Positions 10,487 through 20,420 of a stretch of 64,000 nt of DNA are shown in pieces. Position 1 is the stretch's first letter; the number at the start of each line of letters is the position of its first letter. The notes below the pieces were generated by a model. The model searched no databases. It was not told where the DNA came from and saw only the letters and a program-made list of their open reading frames with translations. The translations under genes and the position numbers were made by a program. The DNA is from an uncultured archaeon. Lineage in GTDB: Archaea; Thermoproteota; Nitrososphaeria; Nitrososphaerales; Gagatemarchaeaceae. The stretch spans positions 416,001-480,000 of the forward strand of contig CAWFOU010000007.1 of the NCBI GenBank assembly GCA_963817525.1. The letters are read 5' to 3'.

Positions 10487-10906
10487 TTGCCAAAGCGATA
10501 CGTGGACAGCAACGTCTTCTTCTATGCCAAGATCCAGGACGGGGTCTACGGAGAGTCGTGCTCGCAGGTGCTGCGAATGATCGCGTCTGACGAGCTTGAC
10601 GCGGCGACTTCCGTGCTCGTACCCATAGAAGTGGCAAACGCCATGCGCAAGTACGGTATGGCGGCGGAAGTCGCTGCCGAAATCCGCGCGATCTTCTCGT
10701 CGAGAATTGACGTATACAGCGTCGACGGGTCAGACGCTCAAGAGGCGGCAGAGATTTTCGGCGGAGCGAGGATAAACCCCTACGACTGCCTTCACGCTGC
10801 TGTGATGAAGAGGATGGGCTTGGACGAGATAATATCGGCTGACAAGGAGTTTGACAAGCTGCGCTGGATCACTCGCATCGACCCAAAGTCAATGAAAGAC
10901 GCGTGA
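10487..10906 (+). CDS. vapC: VapC PIN-domain toxin
   Basis: YVDSNVF, E..NA, YDCLHAA, ISADKEFD. Confidence 0.9.
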   Translation: MPKRYVDSNVFFYAKIQDGVYGESCSQVLRMIASDELDAATSVLVPIEVANAMRKYGMAAEVAAEIRAIFSSRIDVYSVDGSDAQEAAEIFGGARINPYDCLHAAVMKRMGLDEIISADKEFDKLRWITRIDPKSMKDA

Positions 10907-10983
10907 GGCATCCTCGAGGTTTGGACGCCGCCAAAAGCGGAGGGTTTGTCCGAAGGCGGCTGCCGCGTGTGCTGGGAACCCGA

Positions 10984-11982
10984 TCATGACTCGCGCTGGC
11001 TGGCCGGCGGCAAGAGCGGGCCGCCCTTCCTCCGCGCCTTGATGTCGTCGAAGCGGTCGGGGTCGAGGGCAAGCATGGAGACGAGGACCTTGACCCTGTT
11101 CCTGATCGTGACGTTGGTCACCCCCGCGACCATCGCGAGGTGGGTCTTGGTGCTCCGCTCCCCCTCGAGGACCGAGGCGATGTAGAGCGAGGCCGCCGCG
11201 GAGCCCATGGGGGAGTTGCCTGTGAGGGCGCCCTCCTTGTCGGCGGTCCTCAGGATCTCCAGGCCCTTCCTCTCGACCTTGGTGGAGAGCCCCGCGCCGT
11301 AGGCTATCCGCGAGACGCTCTTCCCCGGGTCGTCCACGGGCTGGGGCATGTCGTTCTCGGTGACGAGGAGGCGGTAACTCCTCGCGATGTCCAGCCTGTC
11401 CAAGTTGGCGGCCTCCCCGATGTCCTTGAGGGTGCGGGGCGTCCGGGTGCTCCTGCAGGCGGCGTAGAGCGAGGCCGCCACCAGGGTGGTGATCGACCTC
11501 CGGCGAGCTGAGATGAGCGGGATGGACTTCCTGTAGATGTAGGCCGCCTTCTCGACGACCGAGTCGGGGACCACCACCTTCTCCGAGAGTCTCTCGAGCT
11601 CCCCCATCGCGCGCTTTAGGTTTCGGTCGGCGCCGGTGTGGAGCTGGCTCCTGTGATCCCATAGCCTGAGCCTCTCGAGCGATGGCCGGATCCCCCCGGG
11701 GATGGCCCTGCCGGAGCCGTCCACGTTGAGGTGCCCTATCACGGTGGCGAGGCCCATGTCGGACTTAGTGATCGAGAACGCGGTGGGGTCGTCCCTCGCA
11801 TCGGAAGGGCCGGTCGAGCGGCCGAGCTCCTCGGTCTTGTCGGCGACGACGAGGCCGCAGCCGCCGCAAATGACCTGGCCGCCTATCCTGTCGGTGACGA
11901 AGTTGTTGCGCCTTCCGCACCATGGGCACTGGCGCCCGGCCTCGAGGACCGGGTTCAAGCGCCTCCCTCCGACGCTGGGCAC
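10984..11982 (-). CDS. tfb: Transcription initiation factor IIB (TFB paralogue)
   Basis: Zn ribbon CPWC...CGGCG, DMGLATVIG, two cyclin repeats (AASLYAACR; AAASLYIAS, GVTNVTIRNR). Confidence 0.93.
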   Translation of the reverse strand: MPSVGGRRLNPVLEAGRQCPWCGRRNNFVTDRIGGQVICGGCGLVVADKTEELGRSTGPSDARDDPTAFSITKSDMGLATVIGHLNVDGSGRAIPGGIRPSLERLRLWDHRSQLHTGADRNLKRAMGELERLSEKVVVPDSVVEKAAYIYRKSIPLISARRRSITTLVAASLYAACRSTRTPRTLKDIGEAANLDRLDIARSYRLLVTENDMPQPVDDPGKSVSRIAYGAGLSTKVERKGLEILRTADKEGALTGNSPMGSAAASLYIASVLEGERSTKTHLAMVAGVTNVTIRNRVKVLVSMLALDPDRFDDIKARRKGGPLLPPASQRES

Positions 11983-12077
11983 GTCCAGGAAGCAGATTGG
12001 CTCGATATTTGATGGAGTCTGTGCACTTTACCATGAATCGGTAGGGTTTATGTGCAACTGCCCACGCACGCGGGCAC

Positions 12078-12692
12078 ATGGCGAGGACGAACATATCTAT
12101 AGACGAGGAGGTAGCCGCCTCGCTCTCCGACGAGGCGACCAGGGAGAACAAGACGATGTACGCCCTCTCCAACGAGTCTCTGAAGGTCATGCTCCACATC
12201 TGCAGGAGCGGCGGGAGGCCGGAGGACGTCTATACCTCCTGGATGTTCACGCGCATCCTGAATGACCTCGACGCGGTCCCCACCCCGGGCGACCTGGTCG
12301 AGAAGCTCCTGAAGAAGCTCTACGAGGTGGACAAGGACTGGCTCCTGCGCACCTGGTTCGAAGAAGGCCAGAGGATAGGGTCGTACCTGCGCCTCTCCTC
12401 TCCGAGCATGCAAGACCTCTCCGACGAGGCGAAGAACATTTCTAAGCTCGGGCTCCTTCCGGTCAAGAGGCTGGAGCTGGAGAACGATGGCGAGACCGAG
12501 TTCACGATAAGGGTCGTGGGCGCGGGGCTCTCGGAGGAGTCGACGAGCTGCGCCGAGCAGCTCTTCAGGGGGATAATCTCCTCGTACTCACTCCACGTCA
12601 TCGGCAGCAAGATGTCGGAGGGCATCATCATGCTCCGGGTGTCCAACAAGGGAGAGCCGCTGCCCGTCCAGCACCCGCGGCCCCGACCCTGA
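12078..12692 (+). CDS. Putative regulator with N-terminal RHH-like and C-terminal V4R-like domains
   Basis: RTNISIDEEVAASL (RHH-like start); 'WFEEGQRIGSYL' and 'LFRGIISSY' are V4R-like. Confidence 0.55.
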   Translation: MARTNISIDEEVAASLSDEATRENKTMYALSNESLKVMLHICRSGGRPEDVYTSWMFTRILNDLDAVPTPGDLVEKLLKKLYEVDKDWLLRTWFEEGQRIGSYLRLSSPSMQDLSDEAKNISKLGLLPVKRLELENDGETEFTIRVVGAGLSEESTSCAEQLFRGIISSYSLHVIGSKMSEGIIMLRVSNKGEPLPVQHPRPRP

Positions 12693-12727
12693 CTTTCTGG
12701 ACGAGTGCCAGCTACTAGCCGTCGGCA

Positions 12728-13480
12728 TTAGATCGCAGACGGCCTTCTCGACCTGAGCCTAAGAGCCGTGATGGCGAAGACGCCGAACAGGAAGGCATAG
12801 ACCGATGCGGCGATGTACGGCCCCGCGTGCCACTCGAAGCTCTTCTCGGAGACGAGGTTCGGGTTCCCTCCCTTCAGCTCATAGCCCCACTGCGGAAACG
12901 TCGTCGGGGTCCCGAGCTCTGCAGTTAGGAGGGAGGAGTAAAACAGAGTGTAGGCCCAGTTCTCCTTGGAGATCTGCCAACCCCCATTCCCCCAATTCCA
13001 CTCTTGGCTGACCTCGATTGCGGCGTTGAGCACCCCTGCGACCGTGCTGTTTGCGTGCAAGGCGAGGTTGAAGGTCGTGTTCACGTTAGTGGGGCTGAAC
13101 ACGTCTTGTGCGTAGTTGCTCGCGTTCGCCTCCATCTGGGTCGTCTTGCCGACAGAGGCGCCGTAGAGCAGCCTGATGTTTTGGCTGCCGGAATATATCC
13201 CCTGCAGGCCGCCCAGCTCGCCCGACCAGTGGACGACGGAGTTTGAGTTGTAGAAGTTTACCAGACCATCGACGCTCCTGTTGTTTATGTCTTGGACGTA
13301 TTCGTCCACCGCGCCCTGGACTGGGGTCGGGGCCGAGGACGAGCCCAGAGCGGAGGTCGAGGGAGGAGACGTAGACCTGCTTGATAGGAAGACGTAAGCG
13401 CCGGCAGCGAGAATGATGACAATGAGCACGACCAATGGGGCTAACTTGGAGATTCCAGCCCTTGCACGCGTCCAGCGCAT
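12728..13480 (-). CDS. Membrane-anchored NTF2/SnoaL-like protein
   Basis: Signal peptide, 'FYNSNSVVHWSG..GIYSG', 'WQISKENW', C-terminal TM; paralogous to 24078 and 25340. Confidence 0.65.
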   Translation of the reverse strand: MRWTRARAGISKLAPLVVLIVIILAAGAYVFLSSRSTSPPSTSALGSSSAPTPVQGAVDEYVQDINNRSVDGLVNFYNSNSVVHWSGELGGLQGIYSGSQNIRLLYGASVGKTTQMEANASNYAQDVFSPTNVNTTFNLALHANSTVAGVLNAAIEVSQEWNWGNGGWQISKENWAYTLFYSSLLTAELGTPTTFPQWGYELKGGNPNLVSEKSFEWHAGPYIAASVYAFLFGVFAITALRLRSRRPSAI

Positions 13481-13526
13481 GATTGCGTTGTGCTTGCCGC
13501 TCGTATTTGAGGCTGCAGGGGCGCAG

Positions 13527-14969
13527 CTAGTAGGTCGGCAGCTCTGGGTGGACCTCGGAGACCCAGGCCCTAATACCGCCCTTCAGGTTCTTTGCTTTCT
13601 TGAAGCCCATGCTGTTGAGGAAGCGCGTGGCCTGGGTGGACCTCTGGCCCGAGAGGCAGTTGACCACGATGTCGTCGGCCGTGCTCAGCTCGTTGACCCT
13701 CTTCGGGAGCTCGTCGAGTGGGATGAGCCTGGCCCCCTCGATGTGGTTGATCTCGTACTCCCACGGCTCCCTGACGTCCACCACCACGACGCTCCTGCCT
13801 GCGGCCATCAGGGCGGCGAGCTGCTTGGGCGTCACCTCCAGGTCGGCGGTGAGCTTCTCCTCGACGCCGCAGAACGCCTCGTAGTCTATGAGCTCCTTCA
13901 CGGTCGGGTTGGGCCCGCAGATCGAGCAGTCGGGGTTCTTGCGCAGCTTCAGCTCCTTGAAGGTCATGTCTAGCGCGTCGAAGAGGAGGAGCCTCCCGAT
14001 GAGCGGCCGCCCCTTCCCCAGTATCAGGTCTATGGTCTCGGCCGCCTGGATGCTCCCCATTATCCCGGGGAGGACACCGAGCACCCCTCCCTCGGCGCAG
14101 GAGGGGACCAGTCCGGGCGGCGGGGGCTCCGGGTAGAGGCAGCGGTAGCACGGCCCCTCCCTCGCGTAGAAGACTGAGGCCTGCCCCTCGAACCTGAATA
14201 TGCTCGCGTAGACGTTGGGCTTGCCCAGGAGGACGCACGCGTCGTTGACCAGGTAGCGCGTCGGGAAGTTGTCGGTCCCGTCCAGGATTATGTCGTAGGC
14301 GCCGAATATCTCGAGTGCGTTGGAGGAGTCGAGCCTGACCTTGTGCACCTCCACGCTGACGTTCGGGTTTATCTCCAGGAGCCTCTTCCTCGCGACCTCG
14401 GCCTTGCTCTTGCCCACGTCGGCCTCCGAGTAGAGGACCTGCCTGTGGAGGTTGCTCTTCTCGATGACGTCATAGTCGAGTATCCCGATGCGCCCCACGC
14501 CCGCGGCGGCGAGGTAGGTCGCCGAGGGGGTGCCCAGGCCGCCTGCGCCCACTATCAGGACGCTCGCCTGCTTCAGCTTGCCCTGGCCCTCGAGCCCGAC
14601 CTCGGGCATGATCAGGTGGCGGCTGTAGCGCGCGAACTCGCCGCTGGAGAAGGACACCTTCTGGGTGCGGTCCTCGTCTTCCACCGAGTCGTGCGCCCCT
14701 CCCGCGATGGCGGGGACGATCATCAGCGTGTCCCCGTCCTTCAGCGCGGTGCCCTCGCCCTCCTTGTACCTGATGTCCTCCTCGTTGAGGTAGATGTTGA
14801 TGAAGTTCCTGAGGCGCCCGTTCTCCGAGTAGAGCTGCCTCCTCAGCTTGGGGAAGGCGGTCACTAGCTGCTTGAGGGCGTCGCTGACCGTCCTCGCGTT
14901 GAGCTTGAGCTCGTCCTCGTCGTCGGTGTGCTGCCTCAGCGCCGTCGGGATGATTATGGTGACCGTCAT
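13527..14969 (-). CDS. moeB: Ubl (ThiS/MoaD/CysO-like)-E1 (MoeB/ThiF)-rhodanese fusion
   Basis: Ubl ending IVPAIAGG (14697-14969); RYSRHL, GAGGLG, SNLHRQ, DGTDNF, CYRC, SCAEGG, CSICG; rhodanese with CLSGQRS. Confidence 0.92.
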   Translation of the reverse strand: MTVTIIIPTALRQHTDDEDELKLNARTVSDALKQLVTAFPKLRRQLYSENGRLRNFINIYLNEEDIRYKEGEGTALKDGDTLMIVPAIAGGAHDSVEDEDRTQKVSFSSGEFARYSRHLIMPEVGLEGQGKLKQASVLIVGAGGLGTPSATYLAAAGVGRIGILDYDVIEKSNLHRQVLYSEADVGKSKAEVARKRLLEINPNVSVEVHKVRLDSSNALEIFGAYDIILDGTDNFPTRYLVNDACVLLGKPNVYASIFRFEGQASVFYAREGPCYRCLYPEPPPPGLVPSCAEGGVLGVLPGIMGSIQAAETIDLILGKGRPLIGRLLLFDALDMTFKELKLRKNPDCSICGPNPTVKELIDYEAFCGVEEKLTADLEVTPKQLAALMAAGRSVVVVDVREPWEYEINHIEGARLIPLDELPKRVNELSTADDIVVNCLSGQRSTQATRFLNSMGFKKAKNLKGGIRAWVSEVHPELPTY

Positions 14970-15421
14970 GCCTTCTGGCCCGCCCCCTTCGCCTCGGCCG
15001 CGCCGTCGCGTATCTCTATCGTCTCCTCGGTGACCGAGCTGTGGTCCTGGCTCGGGAGCCATGACCTGGTGTCCCCCGCATCCCCCTTCGGGACGGAGAC
15101 CACGACGTAGGAGTACCAGGGGAAGGAGTGCTCGAGGTCGAACTTGGATAGCGTGGCGGGATAGTCCGGATGGGAGTGGTAGATCCCGGCGATTGCCAGG
15201 CCCTTCTTAGCGACCTCCCTGTCGGCCTTGAAGAGCTCCATGGGGTCGATGTGATACCTGTCGTGCTTCGGCCCCGAGAAGGAGTTCCTCATCTTGACGG
15301 ATTCCACGACGTCCTTGCTCCCCGACCTCGCGATGAGCAGGCCGCAGCACTCGTCGGGGTAGGTGGACTCGGCGTGAGAATGGATGTCCTCGAGCGTCCG
15401 CCTCTCCATCTTGATCACCAT
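14966..15421 (-). CDS. JAMM/Mov34 (M67, Mec-like) metalloprotease
   Basis: YPDECCGLL and GIYHSHPD...S..D JAMM motif; 4-bp overlap with the Ubl-E1 gene. Confidence 0.92.
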   Translation of the reverse strand: MVIKMERRTLEDIHSHAESTYPDECCGLLIARSGSKDVVESVKMRNSFSGPKHDRYHIDPMELFKADREVAKKGLAIAGIYHSHPDYPATLSKFDLEHSFPWYSYVVVSVPKGDAGDTRSWLPSQDHSSVTEETIEIRDGAAEAKGAGQKA

Positions 15422-15604
15422 GCCCCCTTCGTCATGCCTCCATCCGCGCCCGTGGCCGGTGCGCTGGCGCAAGAAAAACGCTCTGATAGGTGGCGCGCCG
15501 TCATCGCTACGACGCGGGCTTCGCCCGCTAGCCGGTTCATAAATGTGGCGGTCAGGTATTCCTATCAGAATTACCTTGGATAGGTGGTTTGGTACGGGTG
15601 GCCC

Positions 15605-17257
15605 TTACATTCCGGGCATGCCGCCCATTCCGCCCATCCCGCCCATGCCTCCGCCGCCCGCTCCGGGCGGTGGGGCCGACATCTTGCTGGACGCGATGAC
15701 GTCGTCGATCCTCAGGAGCATCGACGAGGCCTCGGTGGCGGCCTTTAGGATCTGGAGCTTGACCGCGAGGGGCTCGACCACGCCCTTCTGGAACATGTTC
15801 CCCACCTTGCCGTTGATGGCGTCGACTCCCGCCCACTTCTCGCCCTTGCCGTGCCTGGCCCTGAGCTCGACCTGCGTGTCGATTGGGTCCATGCCCGCGT
15901 TCTCCGCGAGGATGATGGGTATCACCTCGATGGCCTCGGCGAACTTCAGCGCCGCGAGCTGCTCGCGGCCGGTGAGCTTCTGCGCCCACTCCCTGACCTG
16001 GTAGGATACCTCGACCTCGGGCGCACCGCCTCCCGCCACGACGGCGGGGTTCTCGATGACGTCCTTGGTCACCATGATCGCGTCGTGCATCGACCGCTCG
16101 GCCTCGTCGACCACCCTCTGGGAGCCTCCGCGGACCAGGAGCGTCACTGCCTTCGGGTTCTTAGCGCCTTCGATGAAGACCCACTTGTCCTCCTCGACCT
16201 TCCTCTCCTCGGCGATCTTCGCGTGCCCAAGGTCCTTCGCAGAAAGGTCGTCAAGGTTGGTGACTATCCTCGCGCCGGTCGCCTTTGATATCTTGGTCAT
16301 GTCGCTCTCCTTCACGCGCCTCACGGCCAGGACCCCCGCCCTCGCGAGGTACTGCTGGGCGCTGTCGTCGATGCCCTTCTGGCAGACGAGCACGTTCGCC
16401 CCGGCGTCGACTATCTTCTGGACCATCCCCTTCAGGATGTTGCTCTCCTCGTCGAGGAACTCCTGCATCTGGCTTGGGTCGTTGATCCTGATCTCCGCAC
16501 TGAACTCGGTCTTCTCGATCTCGATGGGCGAGTTGATGAGTGCGATCTTCGCGCCTTCGATCTTCTTCGGCATCGCCGAGTGGACCACTTCCTTGTCGAG
16601 CGCGACTCCCGAGATGAGCTTGGTGTCCAGCATCGAGCCGCCGGGCTTCTTCTCTACCTTGATGTTGTCGATGTCCACCCTGTAGGTGCCGTCGGCCTGC
16701 TTCTCAGCGACCTGCGAGACCGCGTCTACGACGAGGCCCGCGAGGAACGGCGCGTCGTCAGAGACCAGCTTGGTCTGCATGCTGGTCGTCGCGACCTTGA
16801 TGAGGTCGGCGCGCGAGGTGGGGTCGATCTTCTCGGCGATCTTGTTGAGGACCTGCTCGGCCTTCTCGAGGGCCTTCATGTAGCCGTCCACTACCACGGT
16901 GGGGTGGACGTCCTGGTTGATGAGCTCCTCGGCCCTCTCGAGCAGGGAGCCGGCCAGGATGACACCGGAGGTGGTTCCGTCGCCCACTTCGTTATCGGTG
17001 GCCTTGCTAATCTCCACCATCATCTTGGCGGCGGGGTGCTGCACGTCGATCTCCTTGAGCATCGTCGCGCCGTCGTTGGTTATCGTGACGTCGCCGAGCG
17101 AGTCGACGAGCATCTTGTCCATGCCCCTTGGGCCTAAGGACGTCTTCACGAGCTCAGCAATGAGCTTCGCCGCCTGGATGTTGTTGCGCTGGGCGTCCCT
17201 TCCCTTGGACTCGGAGCTTCCTTCTTTTAGTATGATGTACTGAGGACCGTTCGACAT
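15605..17257 (-). CDS. ths: Thermosome (group II chaperonin) subunit
   Basis: SLGPRGMDKM, ITNDGATM, GDGTTS, LVRGG, GGGAPE; GGM-rich tail. Confidence 0.97.
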   Translation of the reverse strand: MSNGPQYIILKEGSSESKGRDAQRNNIQAAKLIAELVKTSLGPRGMDKMLVDSLGDVTITNDGATMLKEIDVQHPAAKMMVEISKATDNEVGDGTTSGVILAGSLLERAEELINQDVHPTVVVDGYMKALEKAEQVLNKIAEKIDPTSRADLIKVATTSMQTKLVSDDAPFLAGLVVDAVSQVAEKQADGTYRVDIDNIKVEKKPGGSMLDTKLISGVALDKEVVHSAMPKKIEGAKIALINSPIEIEKTEFSAEIRINDPSQMQEFLDEESNILKGMVQKIVDAGANVLVCQKGIDDSAQQYLARAGVLAVRRVKESDMTKISKATGARIVTNLDDLSAKDLGHAKIAEERKVEEDKWVFIEGAKNPKAVTLLVRGGSQRVVDEAERSMHDAIMVTKDVIENPAVVAGGGAPEVEVSYQVREWAQKLTGREQLAALKFAEAIEVIPIILAENAGMDPIDTQVELRARHGKGEKWAGVDAINGKVGNMFQKGVVEPLAVKLQILKAATEASSMLLRIDDVIASSKMSAPPPGAGGGGMGGMGGMGGMPGM

Positions 17258-17283
17258 CTAATAATTCACTGACGCTATACAAC

Positions 17284-17727
17284 TTGGCGTTGTATATAAT
17301 CGTTGTGCGGGAACACCGAGGCGGGCCTTTTGCTTATCAACGGCCTGATTCTCGGTGGACGACGTTGGGTCTCTCGATTCCGGGGCTGGTCGAGGTGCGG
17401 CCCTGCTCGCACGGGAGGGGACTCTTCGCCTGCAGGGATTTCGGGGCCGGCAGCGTGATACGCGACTTCGAGGACATCGTCCTGACCGCTCGGTCGGGGA
17501 GGTACGCCCTGCAAATAGGTGAAAACGAATACTGGGACGGGTTTCCAAGGGGGAGCCGGGACTATTGGTCGAACTTCATCGACCACAGCGACCAGCCCAA
17601 CGCAGCCTTCGTCTTCGACGAAGAGAAGACCAAGGCCTGGCTCAACGCGGTGCGCCGGATACGGAAGGGGAGTGAGATCTTCATCAATTACGGGGACTAT
17701 CATCGCACGAACCCTACCACCTTCTGA
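17284..17727 (+). CDS. SET-domain protein-lysine methyltransferase
   Basis: HGRGLFA, NFIDHSDQPN, IRKGSEIFINYG; real start probably TTG at ~17365. Confidence 0.85.
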   Translation: MALYIIVVREHRGGPFAYQRPDSRWTTLGLSIPGLVEVRPCSHGRGLFACRDFGAGSVIRDFEDIVLTARSGRYALQIGENEYWDGFPRGSRDYWSNFIDHSDQPNAAFVFDEEKTKAWLNAVRRIRKGSEIFINYGDYHRTNPTTF

Positions 17728-17738
17728 GAGTACCGTGC

Positions 17739-18206
17739 TCAGGTCTCGTCGGACTTGGACATGAACGCGACGAAGGTCATGATGTAGTTGAAGCAATACA
17801 GCGAGATGCAGACTACGCAGTACACCCCGCCCAGGAGCCGGATTTCGATGTCCCAGGGATACAGGGTGAATATGTTCCCGACCATGAGGAAGGGGACAAG
17901 GACAGACCCGCGGGGGTTCCCGTACTTGCGTATCGCCCAGATGCCCACCACGAGACAGAGGGGGAACCAGACGACCCCATAGACCCAGAAGCTTATGCCC
18001 TCGTGCAAGCCCGGAATCGAGCCGGCGGGGGGGAACGTCGTATAGCCGCTCGCGAAGACGCTCGTGCAACTGAATGTGTGGTTGAAGCTGCAACTTCTAA
18101 GGCCGTTGATCGAGAACGTTAGTTCCCCGTAGGCGTGGTAGAACGCCACGGCGATGCCCATGACGGACAGCGCGATGAAGGACCTGGAGCGCCAATCGTA
18201 GGCCAA
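17739..18206 (-). CDS. Vitamin K epoxide reductase (VKOR) family protein
   Basis: Loop cysteines CSFNHTFSCTSVFASGY, TM helices, CVVC redox motif. Confidence 0.88.
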   Translation of the reverse strand: MAYDWRSRSFIALSVMGIAVAFYHAYGELTFSINGLRSCSFNHTFSCTSVFASGYTTFPPAGSIPGLHEGISFWVYGVVWFPLCLVVGIWAIRKYGNPRGSVLVPFLMVGNIFTLYPWDIEIRLLGGVYCVVCISLYCFNYIMTFVAFMSKSDET

Positions 18207-18218
18207 CCTGGTAGTCGC

Positions 18219-19169
18219 CTACGTCCGCGTGTAGGGGTGGTCGGGGGCGAGCCTCGCCGTCTCTGGGGAGGCGGCGACGCCGAGGACCGAGTCCGAGGCG
18301 AGCTGGGAGGCGCCCGACGGCAAGGTCTTGGCGTAGCTCAAAGGGATGGCGGCAAAGCTCTGGGTGCACACGCTGGATGGCGCGCCGCCGTCAATCTTGC
18401 ATATGGCGCTGATAAAGTGGTTGGCGACCCCGTCGACGTTCTGGGCGATGACGCTGCTCTCGTTGTTGAGCTGGGAGGCTATCTGCGTCCAGTTGTAGGG
18501 AGCAGCGTCCTCGTTCTGATCGACCCTCAGGACCGCGGGGTTGTATGAGGCGCCGGATATGACGTAGGAGTTCCCAAAGTCTACGAACGGGATTCCCCCG
18601 GCGCTGTCGTAGGTGGTCAGCAGCGAAGTCTCCTGCGTGGTGGCCGTCTGCAGTGGGTTCTCGTTCCGGTCCTCCTGCTCGACCGTCACGAAGGCGATGT
18701 ACTTGCTCGTGTAGTTCGCGTTGACGAAGGTGAACGTCGGAGTGCTCGAGTAGACGTCAGTCGACGAGGACTGCATATACTCTATCCCGGTGAAGTTGCC
18801 GAACTTGTCCAGGGCGACTATCATCGCCCAGCGCTCCGCCCCGCAGTAGGGGCAGTATTCGGCCCCCATGTAGAGCACCTCGGGCTTGCCGTTGAGCGTG
18901 AGTTTCGTCCCGGCGGGGGTGATGGCCTTGGGCGGGGTAATAACCCCGGCTGGGCCCCCGCCGACCGCGTTGAGAGTGCTGGCGGACACTCCGGCCAGGT
19001 CGCTGAGCACGACCGGGGAGACCTGCGTGTTGTCCAGCGGGCTGCCAGCGGCCCCCACCGATTGGGTGAAAATGTAATACGCCACGACCGCGACGAGGAC
19101 CACGAGGGCTATGAATCCCCAGAGCCTGTAGTTCCGCTTGGAGCCGGGCCTCCTAGCCTTGCGACTCAT
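18219..19169 (-). CDS. DUF929 family membrane-anchored thioredoxin-like protein
   Basis: [29 protein letters not shown]. Confidence 0.85.
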   Translation of the reverse strand: MSRKARRPGSKRNYRLWGFIALVVLVAVVAYYIFTQSVGAAGSPLDNTQVSPVVLSDLAGVSASTLNAVGGGPAGVITPPKAITPAGTKLTLNGKPEVLYMGAEYCPYCGAERWAMIVALDKFGNFTGIEYMQSSSTDVYSSTPTFTFVNANYTSKYIAFVTVEQEDRNENPLQTATTQETSLLTTYDSAGGIPFVDFGNSYVISGASYNPAVLRVDQNEDAAPYNWTQIASQLNNESSVIAQNVDGVANHFISAICKIDGGAPSSVCTQSFAAIPLSYAKTLPSGASQLASDSVLGVAASPETARLAPDHPYTRT

Positions 19170-19227
19170 CTTTCTACGCCACCTTCTCCACGGCGTAATA
19201 TAACTTGTGGACGGGTCGGCTATGACG

Positions 19228-19785
19228 CTAGCGTCGGCGCGAGGGGCCCTTCGCGACGAGCACGTCCGTGGACTTTACGATCGCCTCCACATCGTCGCCC
19301 TCCTTCAGCGAGAGGTCCTCGACGGCATCGTTGGTGATTATCGATGTCACCGTGTTGGCCGAGACCAGGCGCATCTTCACCTGGGACGTAACCGCGCCCT
19401 GCTTCACCTCCACGACCTTCGCCCGCAGCCTGTTTCGGGCGCTCAGCCTGTAGCCGACGTCCTCCCAGGCCTCCCTGTCGTCGAGGACATCGAAGAGGAG
19501 CTTCCTCGTCTTCCTGAACTCCTTCAACAGCCCGGTCCCTTCCGCGGTCAGGGTGGCGCCGCCGCCGGTCTTGCCCCCTACTTTGGTCTCAACGAGGCGC
19601 CGGTGCAGCTTCTCCTCCATCACCTTCACGCGGTCCCAGGCGTTCCTGTACGAGATGCCGACGGCCTTGGCCGCCTCCGTGAGGGAGTGCGTCTCGCCGA
19701 TCCTCCTGAGGAGGAAGGCGTCGGTCTGGTCGAACATCACCTCCTTCTTGTCGTCTTCCATCCAGAGGCGGAAGGCGGGCTTCAA
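19228..19785 (-). CDS. modE: ModE-type molybdate-responsive regulator (wHTH + TOBE)
   Basis: [39 protein letters not shown]. Confidence 0.9.
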   Translation of the reverse strand: MKPAFRLWMEDDKKEVMFDQTDAFLLRRIGETHSLTEAAKAVGISYRNAWDRVKVMEEKLHRRLVETKVGGKTGGGATLTAEGTGLLKEFRKTRKLLFDVLDDREAWEDVGYRLSARNRLRAKVVEVKQGAVTSQVKMRLVSANTVTSIITNDAVEDLSLKEGDDVEAIVKSTDVLVAKGPSRRR

Positions 19786-19852
19786 GTCTCCGGCGCTACT
19801 CGGCGTGGCCCCGCACCATCGCTCACGAGACTGGCCGGCTCGGTATAAACCG

Positions 19853-20365
19853 TTACGGCGGACAGAAATCGCTCGGGAACTGGATGGCGACGTCTGTGCC
19901 GTCCATCGTGACCGCCCCCGAGGCGTTCGAGCCTCCGACTCCGGCCGGGATCATGGTGTAGTTGTAGACGCCATCGGTCAGCAGGAACGTAATCGTCGCC
20001 AAGCTCGCGTTGTAGGTTGTCCCCGCGTCCTCGCCGGGAGTCATCGATTCGATCTCGTGGAGGCCGTTCGGCGGCTCGACCTCAGTCTCGTTCCAAGTCT
20101 GATTCTGAACGGTCACCGCCCACGGCGACCGGACGAACCCGCACGGAATCTCCTCCTGATGAAATATGAGAAACGAGCTACCCGCGAGGGAGCTGCTCGA
20201 AGTAACCTCGACGGTCTTGGTCTCGGTGGGCGTCGAAGTCGAGGCCGGACGCGAGTTCAGACTCTGCGCTTGAGAGTATTCGAGGGCCGCAACCGCCGCG
20301 AGGACCAGCGCCAGGGCTGAAAGAGCGACGGTCTGTTTCGCTATAGCGCTCCTCCGAGTCCTCAT
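19853..20365 (-). CDS. Secreted/membrane-anchored hypothetical protein
   Basis: Basic N-terminus, hydrophobic helix, S/T linker, beta-rich domain. Confidence 0.6.
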   Translation of the reverse strand: MRTRRSAIAKQTVALSALALVLAAVAALEYSQAQSLNSRPASTSTPTETKTVEVTSSSSLAGSSFLIFHQEEIPCGFVRSPWAVTVQNQTWNETEVEPPNGLHEIESMTPGEDAGTTYNASLATITFLLTDGVYNYTMIPAGVGGSNASGAVTMDGTDVAIQFPSDFCPP

Positions 20366-20420
20366 TTTGCCTAGAGAATCGAGCGCTCGCTCGCGCCTAA
20401 TAATCCCAGCGAAAGGTCGG

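Noticed and set aside
15605-15670. Tandem repeat at the thermosome 3' end
   Set aside because: Encodes the ordinary GGM chaperonin tail.
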